Shown: positions 14,160 to 28,604, counted from the first letter of the stretch. The stretch is DNA of 64,000 nucleotides from Octopus vulgaris (GCA_951406725.2 OX597816.1:48732001-48796000); one strand, 5' to 3'. Notes: generated from the letters alone by a model not told the origin. Program-made: numbers and translations.

Positions 14160-15560
14160 TTCCAAGCATGACTGACTAAGACTATGGCTGTTTCCCACCC
14201 ATCTCATCCTTGGTTTACCTCTGGGTCTCCTACCAGTTGGATCTACTTGAAGAATCTATTTTGTGATTCTCTCTTGTGAACATTCTAATAACATGCTCAT
14301 AGCATGGAAGAAGGTGATGTCTTAATGTGGAGAAATATTGGCTCAACCTGGAGAGACTGTCTGATCTCCAAATTAAACACCCTGTCAAGTAACATTACTC
14401 AAGAGATCCATCAGAGGATCACCCTTTCAGCTGCTTGTATTTGCAAAAATATACTTTTAGTCATTTCTCAGCATTCAAGACCATTAATGAGGATAAGTAC
14501 GAAAAACTAAACTGAAGGTGGCTGTTATTTTTTTTTTCCCTATCCTGTCTGCTGCTGAGGATCGAATGTTGGACCTGATGCATTACTGTGCCAGCAGCTG
14601 CAATATAATAATAATGAAATTATTGTATACAGCGCTCAAGTGCACCACAACTTGTCAAAAGTGCATACAAAGCATATGCAGTAATGTACAAATGTCTGGA
14701 AAGCGAACAGTGTATGAGTCAGATACATGCTTGCGTGTGTATGGAGGGAAGAAAATCAGGTGTAGTGTTGGCGAATCTCAAGAAGCATGGAAGTTTTGAA
14801 GGAGGCAGTGCTCCGACAACTAACAACTGATGCCGGCAGTTTGTTCCATGCTTCAGCAACTCTTAGCGGGAAAAAATGTTTTCAAAAGTCATGAGAGCTG
14901 TGCTGTTTTCTGACTTTATAAACATGTCCACGGGTGTTAGACGGGTGGAGTTTGAAAAGGTGCTCAGAGTTATTGTTTGTAAGATGGTTAATAATTTTAT
15001 GGGTGTCTGCCAAGTCAGCTGCCAGATGTCGGAGTTTCAATGTATCCATGTCCAGGGAAGTAAGGCGTTCAGAATATGGCAAATGCCTAATGGAGGGTAT
15101 TCTCTTGGTTGCACATCACTGAACGGCTTCCAGACGATTAATATCCTGGGCGAGATAGGGGTTCCAGACCGGTGATGCAAATTCCAGGTAAGGCCACACC
15201 ATAGCTATATAAAGCCGCAGATAGATAGCCGGAGAGCAGCTCACAAAGGACTCGGTGAGTGATGCCAAGACACCCTCAGCCTTCTTAGCAATTTTGACAA
15301 TTTCTCAGCATTCAAGACCATTGATGAGGATGAGTACGAAAAACTAAACTGAAAGTAGCAAGTTTGGGTTTTTTTTTTCCCTAACCTGTCTGCTGCTGAG
15401 GATTGAATGCTGGAACTGTTGCATTTCTGTGACAGCAGCTGCATTGCAAGCATCTAATTCAGCTCCCTACTTCACACTTGTGAATATGGCCCTGAGATAC
15501 TTAAACTTTTCCACTTGCTCCAGTGATGTTCCTTTGATATGCAGTGAAGTTCTACAAACA
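14160..15560 (-). mobile_element. Old RTE-like LINE relic interrupted by the CR1 fragment
   Basis: Minus translation gives LEQVEKFKYL (~15500) and PTGRRPRGKPRMRW (~14200), with many stops. Confidence 0.65.
14603..15299 (-). mobile_element. CR1-clade LINE 3' fragment (second family)
   Basis: Minus translation LEFASPVWNP...LEAVQ...PYSERL...NTRGHVYK; (ATT)n tail; the same 3' end recurs at ~31495-31738. Confidence 0.85.
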
Positions 15561-15984
15561 AATGGATTCATTTCCTTTACAAATTCCTTACTGACATACT
15601 CCAAAAGCCCTTTGTATTATTTTCACCTCCATGCTTATCCTCTTTCAGAAAATATCTATTTGCACACCTACTGGGTCATCTGCACGGTGTCTTAACATGA
15701 TAACCTACCTCACACCTACATACTAGATATAACTCCCCTTTCTACACCTCCTATTACTCTTTTACTCTTTTACTTGTTTCAGTCATTTGACTGTGGCCAT
15801 GCTGGAGCATAGCCTTTAGTCGAGCAAATCAACCCCCAGGACTTATTCTTTGTAAGCCTAGTACTTATTCTATCAATCTCTTTTGCCAAACCGCTAAGTT
15901 ACGAGGACCTAAACACACCAGTATTGGTTGTCAAGCGATGTTGGTGGGGGACAAACACAGACACTCAAACATATACACACACTC

Positions 15985-16035
<51 letters not shown>

Positions 16036-16036
<1 letters not shown>

Positions 16037-18191
16037 TAGCTTAAAGTGATCCGCTCTACGTGCGGGTAAGAGTGTGGTTGTTATTTTCTGTTGCATCCTT
16101 TCGGCACGTAAAAAGCACCATCCGAACGTGGCCGATGGCAGCGACGCCTTGACTGGCTTCTGTGCCGGAGGCACGTAAAAAGCACCAACCGATCGTGACC
16201 GCTGCCAGTGCCCCTCCCCCCGTGGCACCTGTGACGGTGGCATGAAAAAAGCACCCACTACAATCACGGAGTGGTTGGCGTTAGGAAGGGCATCCAGCTG
16301 TAGAAACACTGCCAGACCAGACTGGAGCCTGGTGCAGCCTCCTGGCTTCCCAGACCCCGGTCAAACCGTCCAACCCGTGCTAGCACGGAAAACGGACGTT
16401 AAACGATGATGATGATGATGATGATTCTCCCTCTTTGTTTCTCTCTCCTTTCTCTCTCCCTTTCCCACTCTCTTACTCTTCCTTTCTCTCGGACTCTCCC
16501 TCGCTTTCTCTTACTCTCTATCTTTCTCTATCTATCTATCTCCCATTTATAAACAACAAAAGAACTTGAGTAAGTTGAGAAAGAAAGTAGTTTGAAAGAT
16601 CAATCATAAATATCTGGCAGTGACAATGGAAAGGTCTGCTTCAAGGCAGAAAGCAAAACACTAACATTTAAAAGGGACAGACGAACTTGCGAGCTGAATA
16701 AAAATAAAAAAATATTGGAAACCAAAGTTTGAAAGGATAGAATCTGAGGATAGTAGAGTCACCATGGCTGGCATTTCTTAATGATGAACAGTAACATAGT
16801 GGCAGTTTAACGGCTGGTGTAAAATTTTTAACTTGATGTAAAAGAAAACTCCTAAACACCAAGCTTTGAAGTGATTCTTTCTCACGACAGTAGACTCACC
16901 ATGGCAAGCATTCAAAACTTCTTCATCATGGACAGCAACACATTGATGATTTAAAGGCTGGCGCAAATTTTTTAGCTTCATGTAACAGAGAATTCCTAAA
17001 CACCCGCTCCAGTAAATTTTAATCCCCTTCCAGCCGCATTTAGACCTCTTTTCACATTTTGGTTAATATAACCTGATTTCATTCGGGTCTACTCGGGTCA
17101 CATTTTATAAGATGAGGAATTTTGTCCTAGAGGTCACGCCTTTCATTTGAGGAAAAAAATAGTTGCCATGCAAACTCGCCAGCACTTTTAACATAGGTGT
17201 GCATATTTTCAGCTCAACCGACCACATAATGCACACATTATATATATATATATATATATGTATATATGTGTGTGTATGTGTGTGTGTGTGCACGCATAAT
17301 ATATACAAATGTATACAAATTATATATATATATGTATAAATTAAATTAGAGATAAAACCACTAATAGGCAAATCAAACAGTGAAAAACATAAACCAAAAC
17401 ATAAAAATAAAAATATAATAGACAAAATACATAAAATATAAAATTTAAAAATTTAAATTATTTAAATTTAAAATTAAAATTATTAATTTATATTTATAAT
17501 TTAAAAAAAAATATATATAACTATCAAAAAGTATTAAAAAGTTTAATATACATAAATACAGATATATACACTTTGTATATATACATTATATATACATATT
17601 AATATATAGAACACACACACACATATATGAATTAACCCAATAAATATCTGATTCATAATATTTGTTCTCATGATTGTGTGGTGGTGGTGGCGATGATAAT
17701 TCTCTCTATGAATGCAGACAGACGTAGAGAGAGAGAGAGAGTGTGAAAGCGCTGTCGAAGGCGGGGAGGGGGGAGATATAGAACGCCGTGACATGACGTT
17801 ATAAAGAGGAAGTGAAGGTGAGTTAGACGCTGTTAGACGATGTTATATATAGAAAGTAATGGGAAGGGAGAAAAGAGAATGAGTGAGTTAGACGCTGTTA
17901 GACGACGTTATATATAGAAAGTGATGGGAAGGGAGGAAAGAGAATGAGTAATGGAGGAAGACAGATACATAAAAGAATGAGAGTAGACTTGTCAAAGTGC
18001 GTTTTTGGCCCTAGCAACGACACCTTTTAAGATAGGAATTTCTAACCTAGCCCACTGGCATCCTCACCTCATTTTACATGTAAATTTTGGGGTCAATCTG
18101 ACGGGATCTAGTGGCCTTTAACCCGTTCTCAATGCCAAAACCAGACAAACAAACAAACAAACTTTTCGCATTTCAGTTTTATAAATAGAGA
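16036..18191 (-). mobile_element. Non-autonomous Helitron (~2.15 kb) splitting a SINE and carrying nested inserts
   Basis: Minus 5' TCTCTATTTATAAAACTG at 18191; 3' CCGC-ACGTAGA-GCGG hairpin plus CTAG at 16036; A|T target; the host SINE resumes at 18192. Confidence 0.75.
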
Positions 18192-18520
18192 TATGCGACA
18201 GGCTTCTTTCAGCTTCTGTCTACCAAATCCACTCACAAAGCTTTGGTCGGCCTGAGGCTATAGTAGAAGACACTTGCCCAAGGTGCCACACAGTGGGACT
18301 GAACCCGGAACCATGTGGTTGGTAAGAAAGCTACTTACCACACAGCCACTACTATGCAAAATTAGCATTCACTTTCTTCATTAATTCAATGGAAAATATA
18401 TTAATACCATGAAAGTATTTTTCATGTCTTAAATCGTAAGTTTTTATTGATTCCCATAGTGAAAATACTATACATTTTCTTTTAGATAAATATATACCCA
18501 TTTCACTAAACATGTATTTT

Positions 18521-18744
18521 TATGAGGAAGGTACTGGAAAGTTCCTGAGTTTAAGGGTATCATAAAAGGTCTGGTTGGAGGCCCAAACTTCTGATTTCTT
18601 TTATAGGGCTTAGAAAAACTGAAAGACCACTACTATAAGTGTGTGAATCTGGGAGAGCAATATTTAAAATAAAATCATAATTATCTGATCCTCCTGTATT
18701 TTCTTTAACCCAAAGCCAGCAACTTTTCAGCACCCACCCCTGTA
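18521..18744 (-). mobile_element. Mariner-derived MITE, second copy
   Basis: Reverse-complement match to 2756-2972; TA flanks. Confidence 0.65.
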
Positions 18745-19210
18745 CAAATCAACGAAGGAGCCACTAAGTAATTGTTGGATCTGCTAGAAATAGCAGCAAA
18801 ATACTATCCAAACCACACTTTACATACATGTGAATGTGCCTTTTACTATAGAAAGGGCACAACTGGGTATCAGATTCCTGGTTACATTGTCTAACACATA
18901 CAAAAAAAACAAACAAACAAAAAAATATAAAATGGAAAACGGCCTTGTCTGAAACACTTTGATCAAATGTCTGCCATGCTCAGGGGAAGCATCATATGAA
19001 CATTACAACGACCACCACCACCACCATGCCACCACCACCATGCCACCACCGCCACTGCCACCACCGCCACTGCTGCCGCCACCACCAACACCAACAATGA
19101 AGACAATAGCTTATATCTTTTGCATGAATTAATCAACACCAATACAGACATAAATGAATGAATGGGCTGGAAGTTGCCTATACATATTTATATGTATCTA
19201 TACACATGCA

Positions 19211-19254
<44 letters not shown>

Positions 19255-19470
19255 GAAGAGGCTTGCTATTACAAACAAGTAGCGAGTATTATGCCCAGGG
19301 ATGCAATTCAGCGGTGCAGTATGGTATAATATCTCGATCCATGACTCATTGCACCATACATTCCCACATTTACATACACAGTTTTATAATAATGAAATGC
19401 CTGTGTTAACATATTGATTAGTGTTGCTTCACTCTTTCTTTCACTGATGTTGTTTGTTCAATACATCTTG

Positions 19471-19513
<43 letters not shown>

Positions 19514-22500
19514 TATATATATATATACTTATTTCTTTACTACCCACAAGGGGCTAAACACAGAGGGGACAAACAAGGACAGACAAACGGATTAAGTCGA
19601 TTATATCGACCCCAGTGCGTAACTTGTACTTAATTTATCGACCCCGAAAGGATGAAAGGCAAAGTCAACCTCGGCGGAATTTGAACTCAGAACGTAATGG
19701 CAGACGAAATATGGCTACGCATTTCGCCCGGCGTGCTAACGTTTCTGCCAGCTTGCCACCTATATATATATACTATATATATATATAGTGGTTAGGGCAG
19801 CGGACTCGCAGTCGTAAGATCGCGGTTTCGATTCCCAGACCGGGTGTTGTGAGTGTTTATTGAGCGAAAACACCTAAAAGCTCCATGACGCTCCGGCAGG
19901 GGGTGGTAATCCCTGCTGTACTCTTTCACCACTCTCTCTCACTCTTTCTTCTGTTGGCCTGCTCGCTTAGCCAGTGGGGTGGCATCATTCAAAGGCTAAA
20001 ACAATGTGAACGCGATTGGTGGGAGCGATGTGTAACAACATCTGATGGTCTGGTTGGTCACGTGATCACATGATATATATATGTATATATATATATATGC
20101 ATCATCATTGTTGCCGTCTAATGTCTGGTTTCTATGCTGCAATGGGGTGGATGGCTTGACTGAAGACTGCCAGAAGGCTGCACCGAGCTCCAATCTGATC
20201 TGGCAAAGTTTCTACAGCTGGATGCCCTTCCTAACGCCAACCACTCCGAGAGTGTAGGGGTTGCTTTTATGTGCCACCTGCATGGGAGCCAGTCCGGTGG
20301 CACTGGCAATGACCACGCTCAAATGCTGTTTTTCATGTGGTACCGGCACGTGTGCCAGTAAGGCAATGCTGGCAACGATCACGCTCAAATGGTACTTTTT
20401 ACGTGCCACGAGTACACGAGCCAGTCAGTGGCCCTGGCAACAATCAAGCTTCGATGGTGCTTTTAATGTTCCACTGGCACAAGTGCCAATCAGGCGGTAC
20501 TGTCATTGGTCACATCAGCAATTTTGATTTCACTTGCCTCAACAGGTCTTCGCAAGCAAAATTTATTGTCCAATGAATGAAGAGTACTCATAAGTGGGCT
20601 GGTTATCCACCACTGGCATAGGCAACTGGTCATGGTCTCACTTGGCTTGTCGGGTCTTATATATATGTGTGTGTATGTGTGTGTATGTGTGTGTGGAGGC
20701 ACAATGGCCCAGTGGTTAGGATAGTGGACTTGCGGTCATAGGATTGCAGTTTCAATTCCCAGACTGGGCATTGTTAGTGTTTATTGAGTGAAAATACCTA
20801 AAGCTCCATGAGGCTCTGGCAGGGGCAGGTGGCAAACACTGCTGTATTCTTTCACCACAACTTTCTCTCACTCTCTCTTCCTGTTTCTGTTGTACCTGTA
20901 TTTCAAAGGGCCAGCCTTGTCATACTCTGTGTCACGCTGAATCTCCCTGAGAACTACGTTAAGGGTACACATATCTGTGGAGTGCTCAGCCAGTTGCACC
21001 TTAATTTTACAAGCAGGCTGTTCCATTGATTGGATCAACTGGAACCCTCATTGTCATATCTGATGGAATGCCACATATATATATATATATAATATATATA
21101 AATATATGCATATATACATACATATATGTACATACCTTTAATGTAGTTCTCGGGGAGATTCAGCATGACACAGAGTGTGACAAGGCTGGCCTTTGAAAGA
21201 CAGGTACTACTTATTTTTTATGGATAGATTGACAGAGACAGAGAAAGGGATAGATAGATAGATAAATAGACATACAGACAGACAGACAGACAGATAGCTA
21301 GCTAGCTAGATAGATAGATAGGTCCAAAAACAGGTAGATAAATTGACAATTAAAAAAAACAGACAGATAGATAGACAGAACAGCAGCGATAAACAACAGA
21401 GCCTCAGACTAAATAAACAACTACACCTCCCGCATTCGGTTCCACACTCTCCTTTCCTCCCACTCTCTCTTTTTCTTTCTTCGTCTCGGTTCCTTCATAT
21501 TGCCAATGATGTCATCATTGCCTCATTACCAACAGGTTCTATGAGATGAAATGTATACTAGTGTTATACTGTTAGTACTAATCCTAAATATACCAATATA
21601 ATGAAATGTTGGTGTTATGAATAAATAAATAAATAAATATATCAATTTATTATTGATTACATACTTAATTTAATTAGACCTTTTCAATTGCTTGTAGTGA
21701 GAAAGTGGATTTTCTCAGTCATTAAAATGTCAGACAAAATATTTGCTGTATTTGGTAACATAGCCTTTTTTTTACATTCTGACTTCAAATTCTGTTGTGG
21801 TCAACTTTGATTTTTATTCCCCCCACCCCATCCCCACCCCCAGTCCATCCTTCTAGAATTGATAAAATATATGAATCACTTTTGAGCTTCAGTTCCTATA
21901 ATGTATCAGTGGAGTGTGACGGTGGTGACGGCTGTATTGGTGTAATCATTGTCATTGGTGTCGGTGTAGTTGTTGTCATCATGGCCTTCATCACCACCAC
22001 GACCACCACCACCACCACCACCACCACCATTATTATTACTTAATGTCCATGTTGCATGCTGGGAAGGGTTGAATGGTTTGACAAGATCTGATGGGTCAAA
22101 GGACGGCGTCATGCTCTAGCGTCTGCTCAGGCATGCTTTCTATAGCTGGGTGCCCTTCTAAGCACTAACAGATTTATAATATGTACTTGGTGCATATTTT
22201 TTATGGCACTGGTACCAGTGAGATCACCATGCAGCTCACAGCACTAAAAAACCATGGGGAGGGATGCATTTATACAAGCAGATGAGAAGTTAAAGTAGGA
22301 AAGAAAAGGAGGAGTGAGGGGCAAGTAGCTGCTCGGGTGCTGGAGGAAAGGAACCTCTATCATAAGAGTACAGATCTTGTTTATGGGCCCCAACTTGCGG
22401 CTGCTGGAATGCCTGCAGGAGGCAAGAAAGTTTATTAGGGACTCATTTGTGTAATAGGTTTATCGCCTATTAAATTGTTTATAATTGTAATGGACTTTTT

Positions 22501-22852
22501 AGTCCATAAAGTGTAATAAAATTGTAAGAGGGTTAATACCTCATTCAGTATTTTTAAAAAAAGAACAATGTTTTAGAGAAGCAAAAGTCAGCGGATGCTT
22601 TTTGTCTTCTCCCATCCTTATCATCCTTGTATCATTATCATTCACCTCATTAATGTCCGTGTCCAGCCTGCAAGCCACCTTACTCTATGTACTGCCTTTA
22701 TGGCAAATATGATAAAATAAAGTAGCTTCTTGTATAGGTGTTACATGGTTATTCATCTTCAGGAGAGAGAGAGGGGGGAAGGAGAGAGAGAGGAGGGAGA
22801 AGGAGCGAGAGAGAGAGAGAGAATGATCTGTAGGAGTTATGAGTTCATAAAT

Positions 22853-23350
22853 ATAGGGTGCAGTGAATAAACCCATTTTTTTTTTGTTGAAATTACACAA
22901 AAATGAAAATAACACTGACATCTCATTTCATTTACCAAAATTACATAAAAATATCTTGAAATACTAAAGAGTAAATTTATTCAATAAAATTGCCATTGAC
23001 TTCAACCATGGTCTCCAGATAACTTCAGAAGTTGCCATAACAAGTGATCACTCCAAACACCATGATGTTGACTGGATGTCTGATTTTTATCACTCTTGGT
23101 ACATGTCTTCAGATTTCACTGTCCTCAAATTGACACCCAAACACTCTGAAATGTTCATATTGGAACTTCCAGCGTGAATGCTCAGCACTACATGTTTCCA
23201 AATTTCTGGCAGAGTGAATTGCATCATGCTGCTGTTTTTCTTACACATGGTGCCCAACTGACCCTACTATACTGTATAGCTGAGAAAATCAAAAACAAAC
23301 AATGCTTATGCATGAAATTAAAAATACAAAATGGTGACAATTTACCCTTA
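22853..23350 (-). mobile_element. Internally deleted Tc1-like element
   Basis: TA(C/T)AGGGTGCA terminus; transposase C-terminal relic (MVEVNGNFIE*); its 5' region matches the + fragment at 7896-8115. Confidence 0.55.
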
Positions 23351-23599
23351 GCTTTGATCTATCAAGACATGACCCTTGTTAAGCTAATTTTGCAGTGAGA
23401 CTAAGCACATAGATAAATAAGCCATTTAGACCTCGTTTATGTGATTGCTCAACTATTTAGAAATCATAGCCCAAATTCCTTTAATTCAAACTCTATAATT
23501 TTTTAAACAAAGTAAGGACCATATTGGATAGTGAAGTTTTAGAAACATTGTGTCTAAATGAATAGAATGTATTTGAAATAGTCACCAACAATATGAAAT

Positions 23600-24420
23600 T
23601 TACAGGGTCCACCGGTCCACAGGGAATTTCAATCCCAGAGCCTAAGTCAGTGAGGGACCTGGGTATTGACATGAATGATGATACCTCTTTCCAAGTGCAC
23701 ATTACCAGGATGGCGACAAAGTGCAGATGACTGGCTGGCTGGCTGGATCCTAAGAACATTCAGAACCATAGATAAGGAAACCATGATGGTCCCCTGGCAG
23801 ACATTCATCCTTGGCTGCCTGGATTACTGCTCACAGCTATGGTCACCCACCAGTGTGAAATTAATAGCAGACCTTGAAGCAATCCAGAGAAGATTCAAAA
23901 AGAAGATCGTCTCTTTGCAACAGCTCAGCTATTGGGAAAGGTTGAAACAGTTAAGACTCTACTCCCTGGAGAGAAGACAGGAGAAGTATGCAGTAATATA
24001 TATCTGGAAGATCCTGGAAGGAATTGTGCCAAATTTTTGTGTTGACGGCTACACCAATGCCAGAATAGGATGACACTGCATAGTGCCAAAGGTCCCAGCA
24101 AGGCCATTATGCTTCAGGACCAGTTACTGCAACAGCCTGGGTTTCAAGGGCCCACAGCTTTTTAATATTCTCCCAAAGAGTCTGAGAAACTTGCACAATG
24201 TAGATGTAGTGGTTTTTAAATCAAAGCTGGACCTCTTCCTGTTGAGAGTTCCAGATGAATCTACCTCACAGCAAGAGGTGCAAATGAGGGTAGCTATATC
24301 AAACTCCATGCTTCACCAAGTGCCACATATTAGAGGAGGCTCTTAGTAATAACAGTGTAGCAAAACTGCGATGCATCAGCATGGCCACAGCTCTGAGCTG
24401 AAACTAAAGAAAATAAAACA
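23600..24420 (+). mobile_element. CR1-clade LINE 3' fragment (related family, decayed)
   Basis: DLGI motif, [26 protein letters not shown], with stops; 3' UTR homologous to the 5135 copy. Confidence 0.88.
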
Positions 24421-26022
24421 AACAACAACATATTTATTAGCATTACATATTGGCAGAATTGGTGGTTTGACTGTCAAGATGTCTTGTTGTGTTATATTTA
24501 GTCACATCAATCTGCATTTTGAGTCTAAATCTTACTGACAATGGCTTTGCTTTTCATCCATCTGGGGATCAAAAAAGTTAAATTTCAGTGAAACATTTGT
24601 TTGAAATCAATATAATTTGCTAGACATTTCCTCAACTAAAATCTTACTATGGAAAATGTTATTATATGAAGTTTTTTTTCTAAAATTATTGATTTCAAAT
24701 TTTGATACAAAGCCAGCAGGTTTGGGTGAGAAGCTAAGTGAATTGAACTGCTCCCAATGTTCAACTAACACTTATTTTATCAATCCCAAAAGGATGAAAG
24801 CAGAGCCAACCTCTACAGAATTTGAACTCGGAACATGAAGATAGATGAAATGCTGTAAAGTATTTTGCCTAATGTGCTAACGATTCTGCCAGCTCACTGC
24901 TTTAGTCCATTCTAAAATTATTACTTTTTCATATTTATTAATTTCAATTTTAATATATCATCGTCATTGTCATCATCATCATCATCATTTGGAATAGGGC
25001 ACGTTAAAAACACCATTCGAGCATGATCGTTACCTGCATTGCCTTACTAGCACTTGTGCTGGTGGGACGTGAAAAAACATTCGAGCGAGGTCATTGCCAG
25101 TGCCGCTGGACTGGCTCCTGTGCAGGTGGCACATAAAAAGCACCATTTGAGTGTGGCCATTGCCAATACCGCCTGACTGGCCCTCGTACCAGTGGCACGT
25201 AAAAGCACACACTACACTCTCGGAGTGGTTGGCATTAGGAAGGGCATCCAGCTGTAGAAACTCTGCCAGATCAGATTGGAGTCTGGTACAGCCATCTGGT
25301 TTGCCAGACCTCAGTCAAATCGTCCAACCCATACTAGCATGGAAAGCGGACGTTAAACGATGATGATGATGATGATGAAGTGTTTTTGATTATAGGTCTA
25401 TGCTTTTCATCAACGCTGACCTGGGGCTAAACCACCATAATAAAAACATTGGGATATCTATCTGTATACCTCAGTGTATCTATTTACTGTTCTCTAATAG
25501 CTATTCAAACATCTATGTTTCACATCACCACCGAACAAGAATTGCGTTTAATCAAAAGAATTCAATATACAATAATATAAAAAAAAAAAATAATAATTTT
25601 CCATTTTTTTTGGATTCGATTTATTTATGTATTTTCTTGTTTTCTTTTCTTCAAGGAAATATATCACATATTATATTGTTATATGTCTGCATCTACTCCC
25701 AAAAGAGTTCAATTTGTTTTCAATTAAATATAACCAATCGCTAGAGATGTAGCTATTGGTAAATATCTAATTATATTGTAGGAAAGCATTAGAATTTGAG
25801 AAAACTAGCGATATTTATTATGCATAAGCATAAAGTTATTCAAATAGCTCAAGCAATAAACTCTTTGCTTTCGAGGTAAAAAAGTTTTTCCGCTGTTTGT
25901 ATGAGTTATCACATTGCAGCCTTCTGTAGCACTGATAATAAACTGTGGATCTATGGCCTCCTAAACCTGCCTCTGGATAAAGATATCAAATACATATAGA
26001 TGTTTGTGTATATATATATATA

Positions 26023-26496
26023 TCTATATATATAAAACTGCAGTTGTGTGAGTGTCTGTCCCCTTCGATTTAGATTCCTAACTCCTCCCACATTTTGCGG
26101 TGCAGTTTAACCAAATTCGGGTATCTTATAGTTGTGATTAATATCGAGCCCGTCTGGCTATTAGCGCACATCTACGATGAGTCTACGATTTTAAAAATAA
26201 TTTAACATCATTTTTTATTCCATTTTAATGCATAATTTTTCGTGTGTCGATGGCGGCGGAGTTGGCGTCCACGCTCAAACACCTGTACCTGTGTTTGCTT
26301 CTCTCCTCCCTCGTGAAGCTGTGGGGAAGGGAGTATAAGGAAATCAACGTCGTAAAGCGTTGTCAAGGAGACCAGCGTTCTTTTATAACCATCATTTTTT
26401 ATTCCATTTTTAATGCATTTTTTTGCTATAACTCTCTAAAAATGCTTATATAGTTATTTCCCTTACAAACCCGAGCAACGCCGGGCGATACTGCTA

Positions 26497-26497
<1 letters not shown>
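26023..26497 (+). mobile_element. Non-autonomous Helitron
   Basis: 5' TCTATATATATAAAA; 3' hairpin CCCG-AGCAACGC-CGGG then ...GCTAG; A|T target, no TSD. Confidence 0.85.
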
Positions 26498-26531
<34 letters not shown>

Positions 26532-27330
26532 AATATATGTATATATATAAAAACATACATGTCAGTACGTGAATAGATAGATAGACTGAGATAATTGCAT
26601 AAGTCATCATCATCATCATCATCATCTAATGTCCTTTTTCCATGTTAGCACTGGTTGGACAGTCCGACCAGGCTCTGGGAAGCCAGGAGGCTGCACTAGG
26701 CTCCAGTCTGATCTGGTAGCGTTTCTACAGCTGGATGCCCTTCCTAACGCCAACCACTCTGTGAGTGTAGTGGGTACTTTTTACATGCCACCAGCACAGG
26801 GGCCAGAGGAGGCTGGCAACAACCACGATCAGTTGCTGCTTTTTATGTGTCACCAGCACAGAAGCCAGTCAAGGCGGCACTGACATCGGCCTTGCTCGGA
26901 TGGTGCTTTTTATGTGCCACCAGCACAGGTATCACAACTACAATTTCCATTTGACTTTTAGTTTGATGTTGATGTACTTGACTCAATAGGTCTCCTCAAG
27001 ACCAGCAGGTTGCCCTATGATCCAAAGTACTTTTGAATGGATGTAGTGAGTTTGATTCCTGACTAAGCTGTGTGTTCTGTTCTTGAGCAAGACACTTTAT
27101 TTCACATTGTAGCACTTTACTTAGCTGTACAAATGAGTCACTGGTACCAAGCTGTGTTGGCATTTGCCTTTTCCTTGGATAACATCAGTGTCATGAAGAG
27201 GTGAATCTGGTATGCATGGGTGACTGCTGGTCTTCCATAAAACAAGCTTGCCTGGACTTGTACTTCAAAGAGGAACTTTTTAGGTGCAATCCCATGGTCG
27301 TTTATGACTCAAAGTCTTTACCCTTTATCC

Positions 27331-27372
<42 letters not shown>

Positions 27373-27663
27373 CTTTTACACACATGAATAAGTAGTTACA
27401 TATATATATATATATACAAGGTGTAATAGGTAATTAGTCTCTTTACTCTTTTACTTGTTTCAGTCATTTGACTGTGGCCATGCTGGAGCACCACCTTTAG
27501 TCAAGCAAATCGACCCCAGGACTTATTGTTTGTAAGCCTAGTACTTGTTCTATCGAGCTCTTTTCTTGAACCGCTAAGTTACGGGGACATAAACAAACCA
27601 GCATTGGTTATCAAGCTATGTTGGGAGGACAAACACAAAAATATACACACACACATATGCACA

Positions 27664-27697
<34 letters not shown>

Positions 27698-27949
27698 TAT
27701 ACATTCATATATACGATGGGCTTCTTTCAGTTTCTGTCTACCAAATCCACTCACAAGGCTTTGGTTGGCCTAAGGCTACAGTAGAAGACAGTTGCTCAAG
27801 GTGCCATGCAGTGGGACTGAACCCGGAACCATGTGGTTCATAAGCAAGCTACTTACCACACAGCCACTCCTACACCTATAAAATGTAGTTTTCCCACATG
27901 CACCGTTTTTCTTTTTTCTCTTTTTCCTTTTACGACAGGAGGGTGGAGT

Positions 27950-28480
27950 TCCTCCGACATCTCTAGAGGACCCTTCCTGCCCCTGCTGTCTCATAATCCA
28001 TCAGTGGTCAACCATTGTTGTCCCCCTTCTTTCTTATCTTCCCCTTTGTTTTCGAGGTGGTTACCTCCTCCTCGACTTTTACCTCCACTGGGGGAGCAGG
28101 GGACACCTTTTCAATTAACTGTTCCAGGACCCTTGCCTGGTCCCAGCGACAGTTCATCTTTATATGGCCCGATTCCAGGCACAGGTGACATTTTGGGGGA
28201 TGTCCTTCAACCATCACTGGGTACCTGGAACTGGCCATTGTAAAAAATCTGGTAAAACCAGATCATTGGCTGATTGGGTCCATAGGGTCAAAATTGCTTT
28301 TAACCCAACCCAATCAACAGCAGGCAACATTTTTACATTTAAGAGCCTGGCAGGGCCACCACCCAGGCCCCGACGAATAGTGTCTTCTATCCACTCAGCC
28401 TCTATACTGGGTGGCAGCCCACACACCCAGGCTCTTGTCAGTGTTGAATAGGAGGATGGTTTCAAAGTGCTTTTACAGCC
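27950..28480 (-). pseudogene. LINE ORF1/gag-like relic with CCHC zinc knuckle (L1/Tx1-like)
   Basis: VEGHPPKCHLCLESGHIKMNC = C-x2-C-x4-H-x4-C; frameshifted relative to the upstream WVCGLPP segment. Confidence 0.6.
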
Positions 28481-28604
28481 ATCTCCTTCAATCTAGAATA
28501 AATAAAGTTGGCAGGTCAGCTTATTTGTTGTATAGTAATTACAATAATCTAGGTCAGTTATAATTGCCTTTCCTAAAAAAAGGCTAAAACCCTCTGTAAT
28601 GCAC

